Source of the DNA: Gemmatimonadales bacterium
GTDB lineage: Bacteria > Gemmatimonadota > Gemmatimonadetes > Gemmatimonadales > GWC2-71-9
Direction of reading: 5' to 3'
Assembly (NCBI GenBank): GCA_038223815.1
Contig: JBBRGR010000001.1
Span: 1-26,883, forward strand
DNA: 26,883 nucleotides
Shown here piece after piece: positions 24,140 to 26,883 of the stretch (position 1 is its first letter; each line of letters begins with the position of its first letter). Both the position numbers and the translations under genes were made by a program. Under the pieces are notes generated by a model. The model had not been told where the DNA came from, did no database searches, and worked only from the letters and a program-made list of their open reading frames with translations.

Positions 24140-25504
24140 ATGATGCCTCTCATCCCGCTCCGCCGCCTCGGCGTCCTCGCCGCCCCCGCCCTCCTCCTGC
24201 TGAGTTCCGGCTGCACCGGCTGGCAACGGGTCGGCTCCTCCCAGGTGACCGCCGCCGATCAGCAGCTGCTGCAGCTCTTCGATCCGATGGCGATGTACAC
24301 CCGGATGGGGCGGATCGTCTCCGCCGACCAGGTCCCCTTCGTGGGCACGATCGCCCTGGTTCCGGCCGCCGGGGACTCCACCCTCGCCATGGTCGGCCTC
24401 TCCCTCGGCAACCGTGCCTTCGCCTTCGAGCGAACCGGCAGCGGATGGCAGGCGCGCTATCGGGTGGAATACCTCTTCGAGCGCCCCGGGACCCCCGCCG
24501 TCTCGATCGGCCGCGACGAACTGCTTCGCGTCGAGAGTTTTCAGGAAACCGCCCGGATCGACGAGAGTATCCTCCTCCAGCAGGTTGTCCACTTGGCACC
24601 GGGCGAGTATCAGGTGACGGTCCGGGTCCGCGATCGGGGCAGTGATCGGGTCGGGGTCGGGAAGCAGGCGCTCTCCGTCCCCAGCTTCGCGCCGGGGAGT
24701 GTGACCGCTCCGATCCTCGCGTACGAGGTGGCCGGGCGCGGCGCCCGGGGCGACTCCCTCCGGCTGGTCCTGAATCCGCGCGGCACCGTCTCCTATGGCA
24801 CCGATACGCTGCTGATCTACTTCGAGGGGACGGGATTCCGGCAGGAGACCACCGTCCCGGTGCAGATCCGCGACGAACGCGACTCGGTCGTCTTCCAGAG
24901 CAGCGCCCGCTTCACCGGGGCACGGGAAGTCGAGAGTCAGATCATCCGGATCGTTCCCGACTCCACTCCGCTGGGTCGGCTCGAGATCCTGGTGGGCGAG
25001 CCCCCCGCGATGCGGCGGATCAACGGGATCGTCTCGTTCTCGTCGAACTGGGTGGTCACCAACTTCGAGGACCTCCTCGATCTGCTCCGCTTCCTCGGTC
25101 AGGACACCCGGGTCAACCTGATGCGGAAGGCGGCGCCGCAGGATCGGGCGGAAATGTGGCGCGACTTCTCCAAGTCGACCGACCCGAACCCCGCGACCCC
25201 CGAGAACGAGCTCCTCTCGGGCTACTTCGCCCGGCTCGCTTTCGCGAATACGCGTTTCCGGGACGAAGGTATCGCGGGCTGGCGCACCGATCGGGGTGAG
25301 GTCTTCATCACCCTTGGTGAACCGGACGAGATGTACGACGCCTCGATGCAGACCGGGCCGGTCCGCTATCTCCGCTGGACCTACAACGAGCTGCGCGTGG
25401 TCCTCTACTTCGAGGACCAGACCGGGTTCGGACGCTTCCGGATGACGCCGCAGAGTCGTCTGGACTTCGAGCTCGCCAAGACCCGGGCCCGCCGCACCCG
25501 GTAG
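24140..25504 (+). CDS. GWxTD-domain lipoprotein (~454 aa)
   Basis: Lipobox LLLSSGC; C-terminal DPNPATPENE...RLAFANTRF...IAGWRTDRGEVFITLGEPD. The ORF-track N-terminal extension is antisense to the kinase. Confidence 0.88.
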   Translation: MMPLIPLRRLGVLAAPALLLLSSGCTGWQRVGSSQVTAADQQLLQLFDPMAMYTRMGRIVSADQVPFVGTIALVPAAGDSTLAMVGLSLGNRAFAFERTGSGWQARYRVEYLFERPGTPAVSIGRDELLRVESFQETARIDESILLQQVVHLAPGEYQVTVRVRDRGSDRVGVGKQALSVPSFAPGSVTAPILAYEVAGRGARGDSLRLVLNPRGTVSYGTDTLLIYFEGTGFRQETTVPVQIRDERDSVVFQSSARFTGAREVESQIIRIVPDSTPLGRLEILVGEPPAMRRINGIVSFSSNWVVTNFEDLLDLLRFLGQDTRVNLMRKAAPQDRAEMWRDFSKSTDPNPATPENELLSGYFARLAFANTRFRDEGIAGWRTDRGEVFITLGEPDEMYDASMQTGPVRYLRWTYNELRVVLYFEDQTGFGRFRMTPQSRLDFELAKTRARRTR

Positions 25505-25530
25505 GCGCGCTCCGTGGGTTATTCTTCGAG

Positions 25531-26883
25531 ATGCCCAATCACACTCCGCCGCAACTCTTCCTCGTTGACGGCTTTGCGCTGATCTTCCGGGCGTTCTTCG
25601 CCCTCATCTCCAGGCCGCTCCGCACCGCCAAGGGCGAGAACACCTCGGCGGCCTGGGGAATCACCAACTTCCTGCTGCGGCTCCGCGAGAAGTACCGCCC
25701 CGACTACCTCGTCTGGGTGAACGACGCCGGCGACTCCTTCCGCACCGTCGAGTACCCCGAATACAAATCCACCCGCGAGAAGCTCGACGACGAACTGCAG
25801 GCGGACTTCGACACCGCCGTCGCCCGGGTGACGCAGTTGCTCGAGGCGTTCGGCATCCCGCTGGTCAAGGTGGACGGCTACGAGGCAGATGACGTGATCG
25901 GGACCCTCGCGCTCCGCGGCGCCGCCAAGGGGCTGCAGACGGTCATCGTCTCCGGTGACAAGGACTTCTATCAGCTCATTCGTCCTGGCGTGTCGCTGCT
26001 CAACCCCGGCCGCGGTGGCCCCGGGGGCGTGGACGAGATCTGGGTCGACATGGCCAACGCCGCGGACCGGCTCGGCATCCCGCCCCATCAGGTGACCGAC
26101 TATCTCTCGCTCCTGGGCGATGCCTCGGACAACGTCCCCGGCGTCAAGGGGATCGGCGAGAAGGGCGCGGTCGAATTGCTCCAGCAGTTCGGCGATCTCG
26201 AGAACATTCTGGCGCACGCCGCCGAGGTGACCAAGAAGCGGCCGCGCGAGGCGCTGCTCGAGCAGGCGGAGCAGGCACGACTCTCCAAGCGGCTGGTCAC
26301 CATCAAGACCGACGTCCCCGTCGACCTCGACCTCGACGCGCTGGTGGTGCATGCGCCTGACAAGGCGGCGCTGATGCGCTTCTGCCAGGAGCTTGAGTTC
26401 TCCTCGCTCGTCCCGCGCCTGGGCAACCTCGGCACCAGCCAGGATCCGGCCCTCTTTCCGGTGGGCGCCACCCACGCACCCGGCGCCGCGGCCGTGGTGG
26501 CGGCTGCCGAGGGCGACGTCGAGGCGCCACCTGCTGCACCAGCGGCCACACCAGCACTCAACCTGACCATCGTCACGGACGCGAGCGAATTGCCGGCGCT
26601 GGTGGCGACGTGGCGCGCGGCGCCCATCATTGCCTTTGACACCGAGACCTCGTCACTCGAAACGCACGACGCCGAGTTGATCGGCCTGTCGATCGCCACA
26701 TCGCCCACCGACGTCTGGTACCTGCCCTTCGGCCATCGGGCGCCGGTTTCTGATCTCTTCTCGGCGACCTCCACCGACGCTGGCGTGACGCCGCCCAGCG
26801 ACGAAGCGCCGAAGAACCTGCCGGCAATCACCTCGCCCGCCTGCGCCCCGCTCGCCGCGCTGCTGCGCGACGCCGCGGTGAAG
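25531..26883 (+). CDS. polA: DNA polymerase I, 3'-truncated by the window edge
   Basis: Hand translation MPNHTPPQLFLVDGFALIFRAFFA...GYEADDVIGTL...IVSGDKDFYQL...LLGDASDNVPGVKGIGEKGA (5'-3' exo), then IAFDTETSSL (3'-5' exo I). Not in the ORF track. Confidence 0.97.
   Translation, partial: MPNHTPPQLFLVDGFALIFRAFFALISRPLRTAKGENTSAAWGITNFLLRLREKYRPDYLVWVNDAGDSFRTVEYPEYKSTREKLDDELQADFDTAVARVTQLLEAFGIPLVKVDGYEADDVIGTLALRGAAKGLQTVIVSGDKDFYQLIRPGVSLLNPGRGGPGGVDEIWVDMANAADRLGIPPHQVTDYLSLLGDASDNVPGVKGIGEKGAVELLQQFGDLENILAHAAEVTKKRPREALLEQAEQARLSKRLVTIKTDVPVDLDLDALVVHAPDKAALMRFCQELEFSSLVPRLGNLGTSQDPALFPVGATHAPGAAAVVAAAEGDVEAPPAAPAATPALNLTIVTDASELPALVATWRAAPIIAFDTETSSLETHDAELIGLSIATSPTDVWYLPFGHRAPVSDLFSATSTDAGVTPPSDEAPKNLPAITSPACAPLAALLRDAAVK

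Noticed and set aside
1-26883. tRNA, parS, dif, transposase, integrase or defence genes
   Set aside because: None recognised by eye; a tRNAscan or Rfam run would be needed to exclude them formally.

Overview
GC-rich (~70% by eye) core-chromosome window spanning the probable replication origin. Gene content and order suggest a Gemmatimonadota-like bacterium (inference, no search run). From left to right: a truncated PAS/GAF sensor gene, a hypothetical protein, a CDGSH Fe-S protein, and a divergent RDD-SpoIIM fusion / membrane protein-DUF4129-DUF4350-MoxR-DUF58 module. Next come the conserved mnmE-yidC-yidD-rnpA-rpmH <-> dnaA-[oriC]-dnaN cluster, an M28 peptidase, mtgA, two paralogous exported proteins, the RNase P RNA gene (rnpB), an AraC regulator, pyrE, a Ser/Thr kinase, a GWxTD lipoprotein and the 5' part of polA. 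No transposase, phage gene, tRNA or CRISPR array is seen. Most notable observations: (1) a beta-clamp-binding-like motif (QMDLF) in the DnaA linker; (2) a dispersed GTAG-tagged REP-like palindrome whose GTAG supplies the stop codons of three genes and which shows half-site tandem expansions; (3) an oriC with five perfect DnaA-trios but non-canonical, 10-bp-phased boxes; (4) a ~40% GC in-frame patch inside mnmE; (5) a kinase with a MinD-like C-terminal amphipathic tail; (6) recurrent leaderless-type and bidirectional -10 elements. Three real genes (the sensor, rpmH, polA) are absent from the supplied ORF track.
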